Shown in pieces: positions 29,260-40,204 of a DNA stretch of 64,000 bases (the first letter of the stretch is position 1; every line of letters starts with the position of its first letter). Position numbers and translations under genes: made by a program. The notes under the pieces were generated by a model. That model saw only the letters and a program-made list of their open reading frames with translations. It was not told where the DNA came from and ran no database searches. Location: sequence record MW749003.1. The stretch is one strand, 5' to 3'.

Positions 29260-30385
29260 ACTTTTCCCCTTCAAAAACATACTCCAATAAGATTGGATAT
29301 CTGTCAAAATATTTACTATTTACAAATTTAACTGATTCTGCATCTATACGATCGAATAATTGTGATTCAATATTGATTATATCTTTGTTACTAAAATTAT
29401 AAAGATTATTATTTAATAGTTGCATATTCTTATATAATTCTTTTAAATTTTCCTCACCTAATTCATCTCTTAGACCATTCAATAGGTCTGTATTATTATA
29501 TTCAATATTCTTTAATATATTATTATCAATACATTTTTGAATAAAATTAAGAGCCTTAATATTTCCCATTTTCTTAATACTACTGATATCATAGTCTTTA
29601 TATCCTGTAAGAGAAACCAATAATGAATACATATCTGGGAGAATAGAGAAATAATAATCCTTTTTACTTTTTTCTAGGAGGATATCAATAATATCTTCTG
29701 ATGCTACAAATCTTGATTTTTCTTTTCCTCTAAGTTCTAATTGAAGAATTCTGTCTTGTAAGTTTAAATCTTGATAATGAATTTTTTCATTTGAAATAAT
29801 TATATTCATATCATTTTTATTAATAATATTTTGTTTAAGTCTTGAATTTTCAGATAAGAATAAATGTGGTACTAATCTTGGATCCATTTCATCTGTTTTG
29901 ATAAAGTAGGCATGTGGTACATATTCACAAAATAATTTAATAATATGAACATTTTTCTTAACCATATTATTAAATAAACCAAAAGTCTGATTTTTATCAT
30001 CTAATCTTTTTTCATAAAAAGAACTTCTATAGTTTTTATCAATATTAGTTAATCTTGTATCCCTCTTATCAGAATAATAGAAGACAAAGTTAGTATACAT
30101 TTTTAATCTGGAATAAAAGAAATGTCTATAATGCCCAATAATATTAATAACTTCTGAAGCAATCATAAATCTTTCTCTCTGTTTTAATGAATTCATTGTT
30201 TCTAGAGTTTGTGGATTGTATAATGACTTAACTATATCCCAAAAATCAATAAAAATATTAACAGTATTATATTCTCTATCAGTACCAGTTATAATTGTTT
30301 TATTATTAATATATGGTTTGACTAAAGGCATTAAAGTGTCATAGCTTAATTTCTTGGAATGAAGAATTTTTTCTAATAATAACAT
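29252..30385 (-). CDS. 5'-3' exonuclease/flap endonuclease-like protein with degenerate active site
   Basis: IFIDFW, TDEMD, ISNEKIHYQ, LTGYKDYDISSIKKMGNIKA map onto FEN/T4 RNase H motifs. Confidence 0.55.
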   Translation of the reverse strand: MLLLEKILHSKKLSYDTLMPLVKPYINNKTIITGTDREYNTVNIFIDFWDIVKSLYNPQTLETMNSLKQRERFMIASEVINIIGHYRHFFYSRLKMYTNFVFYYSDKRDTRLTNIDKNYRSSFYEKRLDDKNQTFGLFNNMVKKNVHIIKLFCEYVPHAYFIKTDEMDPRLVPHLFLSENSRLKQNIINKNDMNIIISNEKIHYQDLNLQDRILQLELRGKEKSRFVASEDIIDILLEKSKKDYYFSILPDMYSLLVSLTGYKDYDISSIKKMGNIKALNFIQKCIDNNILKNIEYNNTDLLNGLRDELGEENLKELYKNMQLLNNNLYNFSNKDIINIESQLFDRIDAESVKFVNSKYFDRYPILLEYVFEGEKYE

Positions 30386-30387
30386 TT

Positions 30388-30918
30388 TTATTCTCCTTTA
30401 TTATTGATGTTAATTACTTCTACATCATGATTCTCCAATAGTTTCAGTGTTTCATTAAAGCCATCATATTCTTTATCAAATACAATATGTTTAATTCCAT
30501 GTGTTATTAATTGTTTAGCACAATTAAAACAAGGTGAATATGTAATATAAGCTGTTGCTCCTTCAATTGAAACACCATTCTTATGTGCTTTTGCAATGGC
30601 ATTCATCTCAGCGTGAATTTCATGAATCAAAGACCACTTATGATGTTCTTCTTGATCTTCACATAATTCCCATCCCCAAGGATCAAATATATTTTTCATC
30701 CCTTTACCTAAAGTAGAATGTTTTTTATACCATTTTCCATCTCTTTTCATAAATTTATCACAACAATTTTCTTTTCCAGAAGCAGTTCCATTTATACCTA
30801 CTGCTAGAATATTAGTATCTTTTTCAATAATACAGCCAACCTGTTTAGCAGCACATTTAGATTCAATTGCAACTCTTTTTGCTATGTCCATATACATTAA
30901 ATCCCATTTGTTTGTCAT
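30388..30918 (-). CDS. cd: dCMP deaminase (T4 cd type)
   Basis: ESKC, NCCD, EIHAEMNAI, SPCFNC. Confidence 0.9.
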   Translation of the reverse strand: MTNKWDLMYMDIAKRVAIESKCAAKQVGCIIEKDTNILAVGINGTASGKENCCDKFMKRDGKWYKKHSTLGKGMKNIFDPWGWELCEDQEEHHKWSLIHEIHAEMNAIAKAHKNGVSIEGATAYITYSPCFNCAKQLITHGIKHIVFDKEYDGFNETLKLLENHDVEVININNKGE

Positions 30919-31010
30919 TTTATTTCCTCCATATTAAAATATACTTGTTTGTTCTTAATTCTTTAAAATACATAAGGAAAACCAGATATTATTCTGGTTT
31001 TCCTTTTTAA

Positions 31011-32060
31011 TTAACTTTCAGAGAGTTCATTAAGTTCAGACATTAAGTCTACATCTAAGCGATCAATTTTAAATGTTTCTTTTGTAATAGGAGTTACATT
31101 TAGTGCTTTAGTATAACCATTTCCTTTTACTGAGAAGAAATCATGGTTTTTAGTAGTTGTATTAAGTCCATTTTCTACAACTGGATTAATGTCTTCATCT
31201 TCGAATAAATGATCAAAACCTAAGTTGTCAAATGCATTATTAGCATTATAACATAGGAATGCATTTACTTCTTCAACTAGTCCTATTTTAGAATAGATTT
31301 CTTCAGTATATTCTAGTTCGTTTTTATAAAGATCCATTAATAGTTCATTTGCCCATTGAACTAATTCTTTTTGTTTAGTAGTATCAAATTTTTCAAATAG
31401 TTCCTGAGCTAATAATCCCATATATTGACCATGAACTGATTCATCACGGATAATTAAGTTAATAATTTCACCACTGGCTACCATTTTGCCTTGTCCAGCT
31501 AGGTATAACGGATAGAAGAATCCAGAATAGAATAAGAATGATTCTAGCATTACACTGGCTACCATTGCTTTATATAACATTTCATCTGTAATATCTTTAG
31601 TAAAAATAGCATCATAATATTTAACAATTTTTTCGGCTTTATACTGAAGATTCTTTTGTTCTTCTCCCCATTTAAAAATCTCATCAATTAGACTCATAGA
31701 ACAAAGTGTTGAGAAAATAGCTGAATATGATTTAGCATGTACATGTTCCATTGCACCACTAAAAGCAATAACGGCACTCTTTTGTTCATCTTTAATATGA
31801 AGGGAAATTAATGGCATTCCTGCATTTCCTTGTTCAGTATCCAATTTTGTTAAACCAACAAGTACTTTGTAGTATGCTTCTTGTTCATCCTTACTAAGTA
31901 CTTTATTCCAAGTAACAATATCTCCAGTTAAATCAATCTCTTTTTCTAACCAAAATTGGGAAGTATTAATATCCCAAAAATCAATAGTATATTCATCAGT
32001 AAGGCGGTTCCAGTTAACCGCCTTATGAACGATGGGTACAATTTTACTCTCTGTTGTCAT
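31011..32060 (-). CDS. nrdF: Class Ib ribonucleotide reductase beta subunit
   Basis: EHVHAKSYS, RDESVHG, NHDFFSVKGNGY. Confidence 0.95.
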   Translation of the reverse strand: MTTESKIVPIVHKAVNWNRLTDEYTIDFWDINTSQFWLEKEIDLTGDIVTWNKVLSKDEQEAYYKVLVGLTKLDTEQGNAGMPLISLHIKDEQKSAVIAFSGAMEHVHAKSYSAIFSTLCSMSLIDEIFKWGEEQKNLQYKAEKIVKYYDAIFTKDITDEMLYKAMVASVMLESFLFYSGFFYPLYLAGQGKMVASGEIINLIIRDESVHGQYMGLLAQELFEKFDTTKQKELVQWANELLMDLYKNELEYTEEIYSKIGLVEEVNAFLCYNANNAFDNLGFDHLFEDEDINPVVENGLNTTTKNHDFFSVKGNGYTKALNVTPITKETFKIDRLDVDLMSELNELSES

Positions 32061-32086
32061 TTTATCTAGTCCTCTCCTCTTTTAAA

Positions 32087-34183
32087 TCAAACTGCACAAG
32101 ATTCGCAGATGTCATCTCCTGATTTACTTCTATTACGTACATAGTAAAGACTCTTTAAACCACGTTTATTAGCATAATACATATGACCAACTAATTGGTC
32201 TGTAGGGATATCGCTATTAACAAATAAAGTAGTGGAAATACCCTGATCAATATGTTGTTGGATTACTGCAACCATGTCAATAATTTTATTTTGATCCATA
32301 TCATATGCTGATTTGTAAGACCATTGAGTTCTACCATCTAAATATGGCATTGGATAGTATGTTGTAGAATCATGGTAAGTTCTATTTTCAATTCGACTCA
32401 CAACAGGCATAATGGATTGAGTTGAGTTCTGTACATAGCTAATTGATTGTGTAGGTGCAATAGCAAGTCTATAAGCATGGTATAAACCATTTTCTTTTAC
32501 TTGTTCTGCTAATTCAGTCCAATCTTCTTTTGTTGGAACAAAGATTCCCTCAAATAATTCTTTTACTTTTTGACTTCTAGGTGTATAATCATTTTCGATA
32601 TAACGTTTAAAATAATTACCATTAGCATATTCAGAATCTTCAAAACGATGGAATTTTTTATTTTTCTCAATAGCAATTTCCATACTTCGTCTAATACTAT
32701 GGAAATTCATAATTGCAAAGAATACATTGGCAAAATCTCTAGCTACAGCACTTTCATATGAAATACTATTTTTAGCAAGGAAACCATGTAAGTTCATTGC
32801 GCCTAAACCAACTGAATGGAATAGAGCATTTGCCTTTCTTATAGATGGTGCATTTTTGATATCACTCTTATCTGTTACAGATGTTAAAATATCCATTGCA
32901 ATATCTACAGAATCTTTAAATTTTTTAGTCTCCATTACATTAACGATATTTAATGATGCAAGGTTACAACTGATTCCCAATCCTAATTCATCTTCTTCTC
33001 CATAATCATTAATTACTGATACTGAACTTAACTGCATAATTTCAGTACAAAGGTTAGAGAATTTAATTTCACCAATTGCTTTTAAAGCATGTTCTTTATT
33101 AGCATTTGTTTTGAAGAACAGATAAGGGTATCCTGATTCTAATTGAGTCATTGCAATTTGATTCATTAGTTTCATTGGTGATAATTCACATACAAATTTT
33201 TTAATATTTGGATTATTAACTAATTCATCATACATTACATCTAAATCCATCTCATCTAAAGGAATTCCATATTCTTTTTCGACACTATAAGGAGAGAATG
33301 TATAGAACTCTTCTTCTCCTGATTCTAGCAATTGAATAAATTTATCAGGAACAATAATTCCAGTTGAAAGTGTTTTCATACGAATGCTATCGTCAGCATT
33401 GATTTTTTTAGTATTTAGGAAATGAATAATATCTCCATGAAAAATATTAAGATAAACGGCTCCTGAACCTTTGCGCTGACCCATCTGATCAGCATAAGAG
33501 AAACTTTGTTCCAATAATTTCATTACAGGAATAACACCTTTAGCGGCATTTTCTTCACCATTTACTGGATCACCAAGCATTCTTAATTTAGAAACATTTG
33601 TTGAAACTCCTCCACCAATTTTAGAAAGTTGTTTCGATTGACCTTCAATATGACTAATTGAGTTTAATGTATCGTCCATTTCATCTAAGAAACAAGATAC
33701 AAGTTCTCCTCTTCTTGCTTTTCCAGCATTAAGAAATGTTGGTGTAGCAGGTTGAACTCTTTGTTCAATCATTGCAATTGCCGCTTGAATTGCTTTATCT
33801 AAATTACCATCAAATAAATAGAGTGCAACAATAGCAATTCTATCTTGGTAAGTTTCTAAGTAATATTTTTTATCTGTAGTTTTTAAGGCATAAGTGCTGT
33901 AGAATTTGGAAATAGCCATAAATGATTGGAAACTAAATGGTACTTTTTTAATTGCATTATAAACTTCTTCAATTTGTGATAAACTATAATCTTGAAATAC
34001 ATTATAATAATAATTATTCCCAATCAACCAATTAAGACGTTCAAGTAAATTTGGAAACTTAATAGAATATTCATCAATTTCTTCTGCAAAAGAAGAAATA
34101 GCTAATTTGTCATTTTCTAACTGCCAAAAACCATTGTCACCTTTTTTAGTGATACTGTTGTTGTATTTGAGATAATCCTTCAT
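32087..34183 (-). CDS. nrdE: Class Ib ribonucleotide reductase alpha subunit, uninterrupted
   Basis: PATPTFLNAG, SCF, FSNLCTEI, IAPTQSIS, C-terminal CESC. Confidence 0.95.
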   Translation of the reverse strand: MKDYLKYNNSITKKGDNGFWQLENDKLAISSFAEEIDEYSIKFPNLLERLNWLIGNNYYYNVFQDYSLSQIEEVYNAIKKVPFSFQSFMAISKFYSTYALKTTDKKYYLETYQDRIAIVALYLFDGNLDKAIQAAIAMIEQRVQPATPTFLNAGKARRGELVSCFLDEMDDTLNSISHIEGQSKQLSKIGGGVSTNVSKLRMLGDPVNGEENAAKGVIPVMKLLEQSFSYADQMGQRKGSGAVYLNIFHGDIIHFLNTKKINADDSIRMKTLSTGIIVPDKFIQLLESGEEEFYTFSPYSVEKEYGIPLDEMDLDVMYDELVNNPNIKKFVCELSPMKLMNQIAMTQLESGYPYLFFKTNANKEHALKAIGEIKFSNLCTEIMQLSSVSVINDYGEEDELGLGISCNLASLNIVNVMETKKFKDSVDIAMDILTSVTDKSDIKNAPSIRKANALFHSVGLGAMNLHGFLAKNSISYESAVARDFANVFFAIMNFHSIRRSMEIAIEKNKKFHRFEDSEYANGNYFKRYIENDYTPRSQKVKELFEGIFVPTKEDWTELAEQVKENGLYHAYRLAIAPTQSISYVQNSTQSIMPVVSRIENRTYHDSTTYYPMPYLDGRTQWSYKSAYDMDQNKIIDMVAVIQQHIDQGISTTLFVNSDIPTDQLVGHMYYANKRGLKSLYYVRNRSKSGDDICESCAV

Positions 34184-34565
34184 CTAATAATTCCACTCCT
34201 TTTATAAATACACTTCTATCTCTCTCTGTTCCTCGTTTTTGGAATTTACATATAAGCTTTGCGTTATTATACCTTTCACATATATAATCAGCGCTTTTAG
34301 CAAAATTTTCTTTTCCCCAGTTTCTATCACCACTTGCGGCAACTCCTACAAGGTATTCACCATTATGCTTTAGAAATTCCATAGTTGAGGTTGGAGGTAG
34401 TCCATTTTGTTTTACTCCATCAATCCTTAAGGTAGTTGTATAAGTTACTAATACAAATGGCTCTTCTACAATTAGATCCTTACTTATACGTTTAGCGTTA
34501 GTAAAACCACAATCCTTTACAAAAGATCTGGTGCTACCAGTTCTGGTATCATATATGATTAACAT
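34146..34565 (-). CDS. nrdI: Flavodoxin-like NrdI
   Basis: YDTRTGST, GVAASGDRNWG. Confidence 0.9.
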   Translation of the reverse strand: MLIIYDTRTGSTRSFVKDCGFTNAKRISKDLIVEEPFVLVTYTTTLRIDGVKQNGLPPTSTMEFLKHNGEYLVGVAASGDRNWGKENFAKSADYICERYNNAKLICKFQKRGTERDRSVFIKGVELLDEGLSQIQQQYH

Positions 34566-34578
34566 ATAATTCCTCCTA

Positions 34579-35619
34579 TTAAGGAAGTGTTATTCCTTTT
34601 GTTAATTCAATTTTAGATTTTTCTACCCCATAATCTTTTACTATCTTATTGTAAAAGATATTAAGACCATTAAATCTTGCAAGCCTATTATTCTTAATAA
34701 TATACTTATAAAAATCTAAGGTAACATCTTTATCTGAATATATTTCAATATCCACATTCAAGAGTGATAATGATGCTAGGTGATCTAAAACAAGTAAAAA
34801 GGATGTTCCATTACCAGAAACGTATAAAGGTTTGTCGTCTTTGTTATAGATATGATTGTTTACCCCAATCAAATCTATGATTCCCTCAGTCATGATAATT
34901 TTATGTTCTGATTCAGACAAGTCTAATTTTTTCTTTAAAGCATATAGCTTTTTTGATTCTACCATATCAGGAAACAATGAAAAATTATGATAACGAAATC
35001 CAGTAATTTTTGGATCAAGACTTCTACAAATAATAGTATTTTTATCTGCTGTTAAAAAACCTATAGAATGTTCTTGTACCTTTTTAAATAAGTTCTTTTG
35101 TTTATCATTTTTAATTCTCTTTGTAATATCAATATTATTATTCTTGAAGAAATCAATTGGATTTAAGACAATTTTGTATTTCTCTAGATCACTCTCAATA
35201 AAATCAATTTTTAATCTATCAGAAAGATATCGTATTTTCTTATTCTCCAATTCTGTATACTGATTAGGATAGAAATTTATTATTCTATCATTATTAAAAT
35301 AATTAATTTCGCTACCATACTTATATGATAATTTCTTTTTATAAGATATATTAGCCTCATTAATGTGGCTTATTAAATTATAATCAGCAATTTTAAGTCT
35401 GCTTAGGAAATTTGATGTTATAATTCCACTAGAATGACACTTCTGACAGTAATATTTATATGGCGCTCTATTCATTATGTAAAAGTGAGCACTATTTGGA
35501 TCTTTAGTACTGTCTCCACAGAAAATACACCTAATAAAAATCTCATCTTTTTTTCCTGATAAGCCACAAACACGTAGTTTAGATTTTAGATGTGAATACA
35601 AGAGGTTATTGTTCATCAA
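34579..35619 (-). CDS. DNA primase (T4 gp61-like: Zn finger plus TOPRIM)
   Basis: RCIFCGDS...CQKC; MTEGIID; SDKD. Confidence 0.8.
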   Translation of the reverse strand: MMNNNLLYSHLKSKLRVCGLSGKKDEIFIRCIFCGDSTKDPNSAHFYIMNRAPYKYYCQKCHSSGIITSNFLSRLKIADYNLISHINEANISYKKKLSYKYGSEINYFNNDRIINFYPNQYTELENKKIRYLSDRLKIDFIESDLEKYKIVLNPIDFFKNNNIDITKRIKNDKQKNLFKKVQEHSIGFLTADKNTIICRSLDPKITGFRYHNFSLFPDMVESKKLYALKKKLDLSESEHKIIMTEGIIDLIGVNNHIYNKDDKPLYVSGNGTSFLLVLDHLASLSLLNVDIEIYSDKDVTLDFYKYIIKNNRLARFNGLNIFYNKIVKDYGVEKSKIELTKGITLP

Positions 35620-35729
35620 ATCCTTCTCCCATAGTTTAGTACTAAAAAACTGTTAAATTATCTCTTTAAAAGATCTTCAAAATAAAAAATTTAAAAGGAC
35701 AATACCAACTAAAGGTATTGTCCTTTTAA

Positions 35730-37124
35730 TTAGATGCACAATAGCATATCAAGAACTTCTTCTGCTAAATGATCCGTAGAGAAATCTACTTCTTTATTTT
35801 CTTTATTCATAAACTTAGCATTTTTAATTGTCATTAACTGAAGGATAACGTTATTTTTATCCAAGATATTTTTAATAGGAAGATAACTCTTAAGAAGATA
35901 AGAATATTTATCAGAATGAATAATTTTATCAACAAGCTTTTTACGATTATTCATTTTTCTAACATTTGGTGCAATAGCACAACTTAGAATTTCTGGAATA
36001 ATACTAAAATTCATTTCCCCAAGTTCTCTCGTCATTCCATATAATAAATAAAAGATATCATTCTTATTAGAATTTACTTTAAATTTATTAGAATAATAAA
36101 TCTTAACTAAATAAATCTGAATAGAGTTTAATTCTCTTCCATTAATAAATTCTTTCATTACTTCATCAGTTACATTATATTTCTTTTTAATTTTTGCAAT
36201 TTCCTGTTTAATACTACATTCATTAATTATAGAATTACCTTGATCATTTCTAAGCAAGTTAATTTCCATACGTTCTTGTTCTGATAGTTCCTCATCATCA
36301 GTTGTTTCTGCTTTAAGAGGTTTATAACTGATTGGATATTTAAATGTAAATAAGTATTTTAGTTTTTGCTTAATAACTACATCAAGATATGATATAACAG
36401 AACTATTATGTTTTAATTTAGGGAAGATTTTCTTAATAATTACTTTAAAATAATCTTTTACAATGATCATTAAGTCAGTAGACATATTCTTTAAATAAGT
36501 CCAAATAACTACATCTGAATACTTAGTTTCAAATACTCGACTGTAAATAATCTTATATAATTTATTGAGTGCATTCTTTTTACCATCATCAAAACTCTTA
36601 ATGACTTCTTTAAAAATATCATAAACTAAAACTTCGTTAATGTCATCGTCACAATTAAAGTCACAGAGTATTGGTATTAAAATTCTCATCAATACTGAAC
36701 TCTTAAGATAAATCTTATTAAGATTATCTGTTACTTGAAGTTCAATATTAATTTTCTTTCCTTTACTTGCTTGGTTGAGATCAAGATCATATTCTTCTTC
36801 TACAATATCTGAGATGACATTTAATAATTTCTCATTCTTAATAAATAATCTTTCAATGTCACTATAAAATTCCATATGAGTATAATTTTCTTTTGTAGCC
36901 ATATTATACCGAATTTCTAATAATGAATATGCTAAGTCATTATATTTATTAAGTACTAAATTTAGATCATCACTAATCTGGTCTAAACAGTTATAGTATG
37001 ATCTCTTATTAATTGAGAAATTATTCATGTGAGAGATGTCATCCCTCCCAAATAATTTATCAAACGCAATATTAATGTCTCTTGCTTGTTCATCAAAGCT
37101 TACATAATTCTCCAAAATGTCCAT
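35730..37124 (-). CDS. Promoter-specificity subunit of the non-virion RNA polymerase (AR9 gp226 ortholog)
   Basis: 464 aa; sequence recognised from memory, V206 and Y246 counted at the positions described for gp226; two genes from the chaperonin. Confidence 0.85.
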   Translation of the reverse strand: MDILENYVSFDEQARDINIAFDKLFGRDDISHMNNFSINKRSYYNCLDQISDDLNLVLNKYNDLAYSLLEIRYNMATKENYTHMEFYSDIERLFIKNEKLLNVISDIVEEEYDLDLNQASKGKKINIELQVTDNLNKIYLKSSVLMRILIPILCDFNCDDDINEVLVYDIFKEVIKSFDDGKKNALNKLYKIIYSRVFETKYSDVVIWTYLKNMSTDLMIIVKDYFKVIIKKIFPKLKHNSSVISYLDVVIKQKLKYLFTFKYPISYKPLKAETTDDEELSEQERMEINLLRNDQGNSIINECSIKQEIAKIKKKYNVTDEVMKEFINGRELNSIQIYLVKIYYSNKFKVNSNKNDIFYLLYGMTRELGEMNFSIIPEILSCAIAPNVRKMNNRKKLVDKIIHSDKYSYLLKSYLPIKNILDKNNVILQLMTIKNAKFMNKENKEVDFSTDHLAEEVLDMLLCI

Positions 37125-37161
37125 ACCTCCTATATTATTTCATGATGTGAGAATCTTTTTT

Positions 37162-37174
37162 ATAATATATATTT
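37162..37174 (-). promoter_or_regulatory. Early promoter 13-mer upstream of the gp226-like gene
   Basis: Exact reverse complement ATAATATATATTT. Confidence 0.7.
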
Positions 37175-37185
37175 AAAGTGCTATA

Positions 37186-38010
37186 TTACTTTTTCTTCTT
37201 TCTAACACTCATATTTTTCTTCATGTCTCTTTTCATGTTAGGACGTTTATTTCTTTCTTGAGGATTTTTCTTAAGAGACTTTCTAGTTGTAGGACGACTA
37301 TTAGATTTCTGAGAGTCTTCCTTCAAAGTTTTTCTCACTTCTCCATTATAACTATTTTTCTCTTTCTTCGCAACTCTTTTTTGAGATTTCTTCTTAGACA
37401 TTTCATTGTTCTTAACTCTATTATATTGCTTTAACTTTTCGTCAGTTGAATCAACTGCTTTAAGTAAAAGATTCTTAGAGAATTTTTTAATATTATTAGT
37501 GTTAATAACAGACTTAACATTAAATCTTCTATGCTTGATATATAATAATGCAAAATAAACACTTTTTTCAAATCCATAAGATTGAATTGGATTTCGTGTA
37601 TTAGGAGGTTCATTCAAAGCTTTATCAGATATTTTTTTCTTAAGGAAATCAATCAGAATTCCATCTTGATTATATACATAGGCATACGTAAATAAAAAAT
37701 TAGGTGCATTACTAAATAATCTTACACTATAGTTATTGAAAGTAAAATCTGAGTTAGCCTGATCATTTATTGGAGAAAATTGTAATACAACATCATAAAA
37801 TAATTTTTCATATGTTTCTGATGGTATTTTAAAATAAAAATAATAAATATCTTTATCTTTCATTATTTCTAATTTAAAGTCTTTATGTTGCTTCATCATT
37901 TCATAAAATCTATCTTTTAGGTTTTGAATAGTGATATCCCTTCTTGCAAAGTAAGCTGAATATTTACCAGAAGGATTTTGTAATAATTGATTCATCGTTA
38001 CAATCGCCAC
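37186..38010 (-). CDS. Hypothetical protein with a very basic C-terminal tail
   Basis: 274-aa ORF with RBS GGAGG. Confidence 0.7.
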   Translation of the reverse strand: MAIVTMNQLLQNPSGKYSAYFARRDITIQNLKDRFYEMMKQHKDFKLEIMKDKDIYYFYFKIPSETYEKLFYDVVLQFSPINDQANSDFTFNNYSVRLFSNAPNFLFTYAYVYNQDGILIDFLKKKISDKALNEPPNTRNPIQSYGFEKSVYFALLYIKHRRFNVKSVINTNNIKKFSKNLLLKAVDSTDEKLKQYNRVKNNEMSKKKSQKRVAKKEKNSYNGEVRKTLKEDSQKSNSRPTTRKSLKKNPQERNKRPNMKRDMKKNMSVRKKKK

Positions 38011-38081
38011 TATATTTCCTCCTTTAGAAAATATATTGATTAGACATTATAAATGTTTTATAATGTCTAATCAATTTAAGA

Positions 38082-39770
38082 TTATTGCTGATACTGAACA
38101 GAAACAAATTGGTTACTAGTAACTAAAAGACCAATGATACTAAAAGTAGCTTTCATTATCTCAATATCAGTCTGTGTTGAGTTAATAATTTTAGTATTAT
38201 TAATATCTTCAAATTCATCAGTCTTAAGATTGTAAATTTTATCATTAACAATACACTCAGAAATAATATCATCAATTAGATTTTCATTATCTTCAAACTT
38301 ATTCATTAAAACAGTTTCAAAAGAATTTCTGAATGCTTGTTTGATCTTGATACTAAATTCTTTAATAAAATTATATTTTTCACCATCATTAAAATATCTA
38401 AATAATGATTTGTCAGAAATAATTTTTTCAATAATATTATCTAGATTCTTATCAATAATTCTAGGAATAATTAAATTCCCACCAGAGATATAACCATTAC
38501 GCAAAGCTGAACGGCATGCAAAGACTGCATCTTCCATAAGAAATTTACGAGTTTCTTTTTCTAATTCTGTACTTCCACCGATAAAGAGGTTAGCAATAGA
38601 ACAATTCAAATCTGCAATTCTCTTTTTAATTTTATACTCATCTTCTGTAGTATCAATATATTTTTCACGTTTACTAATTTCTTCTAATCGTGTATTTAAA
38701 TACTCAATTCGCTCTTTAATCGCTTGAGGATCTCCTTGTCCTTCAATAAGCTTTGTTGTATTTTCATTAACTGTCACTTTATTGCATTTTCCTAGTTTAT
38801 CAATATCAAACTTATCTAATTGACCCATTTCAAACTTATCATAAATAGTAGCTCCCAAATAAATGGCAAGATCTTCAAATGATTCGCGATGATGATCATT
38901 AGCAAGAGCATAATCAATTGCCACCATGTCTTCTAGTCCATCTCTTCTATGATTGATTCTTAACATATTGGCTATTTCTGAAGAATATCCTTTGGATATA
39001 ATAACTAATGGTTTATGTCTATCAAACATAACACTTCCCATTAAGTCGCCAATTAGATCTGAATCATCTGCATCTAAAGTTTGATTGGACATAAATACTA
39101 AAGCATCTTTAAATTCAGTAGTTACTTTATCCACCTGATTGGCAAAATCATTGGTAATATAACCTCTATTTAATTCAATTCCTTTTGTTACAGTATAACT
39201 ATCTACTACGTCATCAGATAATTCTAAGTTAATGAATCCATCAGCACCAATCTCTTTATAAATATCATATATAATTTGACCAGCTTTTTCATCATTATTA
39301 TTAGATACTGTAGCAATCTCTTTAATAATATCAAAATTTTCTTCTGTGATTTCAGTTGCTTCTTTTTTAATAAATTCTACTAATACTTCTTCAAATTTAG
39401 CCAACGTGTCAATAATATCTTTACGAGGTACTTTAAATTCAGAGATCAATGAGTCTAATTCTTTAAATAGAGAATTTGATACTACAATAGCAGAAGTTGA
39501 ACCATCTCCTACTTCACGTACTAAACTTCTGCTAATTTTCTTTACAATATCTAAAATTGTTGAAGCAATTTCATTATCAAATTTAATCTTATTTAGAATA
39601 CTATATCCATCTTTTGTAATAGCATGGTTTACAGTTAATTTATCTTGAATAATAGAAGTTGAACCATATGGTCCAAGACTATTAGAAAGAATAGTTGTAA
39701 GAACATTTAAGGTTTCTGTTATTACTTCTTTTGTCTTAATTTGATTTGCTACATTTGAATTAACTGACAT
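38082..39770 (-). CDS. groEL: GroEL-like phage chaperonin (AR9 gp228-type)
   Basis: LGPYG, ITKDGYSI, VGDGSTSA, EDAV...GGN; no GGM tail, no adjacent groES. Confidence 0.92.
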   Translation of the reverse strand: MSVNSNVANQIKTKEVITETLNVLTTILSNSLGPYGSTSIIQDKLTVNHAITKDGYSILNKIKFDNEIASTILDIVKKISRSLVREVGDGSTSAIVVSNSLFKELDSLISEFKVPRKDIIDTLAKFEEVLVEFIKKEATEITEENFDIIKEIATVSNNNDEKAGQIIYDIYKEIGADGFINLELSDDVVDSYTVTKGIELNRGYITNDFANQVDKVTTEFKDALVFMSNQTLDADDSDLIGDLMGSVMFDRHKPLVIISKGYSSEIANMLRINHRRDGLEDMVAIDYALANDHHRESFEDLAIYLGATIYDKFEMGQLDKFDIDKLGKCNKVTVNENTTKLIEGQGDPQAIKERIEYLNTRLEEISKREKYIDTTEDEYKIKKRIADLNCSIANLFIGGSTELEKETRKFLMEDAVFACRSALRNGYISGGNLIIPRIIDKNLDNIIEKIISDKSLFRYFNDGEKYNFIKEFSIKIKQAFRNSFETVLMNKFEDNENLIDDIISECIVNDKIYNLKTDEFEDINNTKIINSTQTDIEIMKATFSIIGLLVTSNQFVSVQYQQ

Positions 39771-39819
39771 ATTATATTTCCCCCTGATTTATCTCTCTTT
39801 TGATTTGGATCATAGAAAA

Positions 39820-40152
39820 TTATTTTAGTGCAAATACTATTTCATTTTCCGATAATAATTTTAATTCTTCTACATACTTATGATTATTAATAAATTCTAT
39901 AATTTTTTCTTTATTTTCATCTGACAATAATTTAATATGACAATTTTTAAAAGTATTGATTGAATTATCATCAGAGAGGTTCTCACATAGAAAACCTCTT
40001 ACAATTTTATAACATTCTATACCATCTAGTATTTCAATAATTTTTAGAGCATTTTCTCTATATTCTAAACCTTTAAAAAAATTCTCTGATTTATATTTTT
40101 CATTATTTGTTTTAGTTAATTCACCATAGATGATATAATTTTCATTGTTCAT
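39820..40152 (-). CDS. Hypothetical protein
   Basis: ORF with RBS. Confidence 0.6.
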   Translation of the reverse strand: MNNENYIIYGELTKTNNEKYKSENFFKGLEYRENALKIIEILDGIECYKIVRGFLCENLSDDNSINTFKNCHIKLLSDENKEKIIEFINNHKYVEELKLLSENEIVFALK

Positions 40153-40204
40153 CTTTCCCTCTACCTTTCTTTCCCCTCATGAGAGTAAAAGAAGAACATA
40201 TATA

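Noticed and set aside
31011-34183. Introns or inteins in nrdE/nrdF, common in Bacillus phages
   Set aside because: Both ORFs are continuous and of normal class Ib length.
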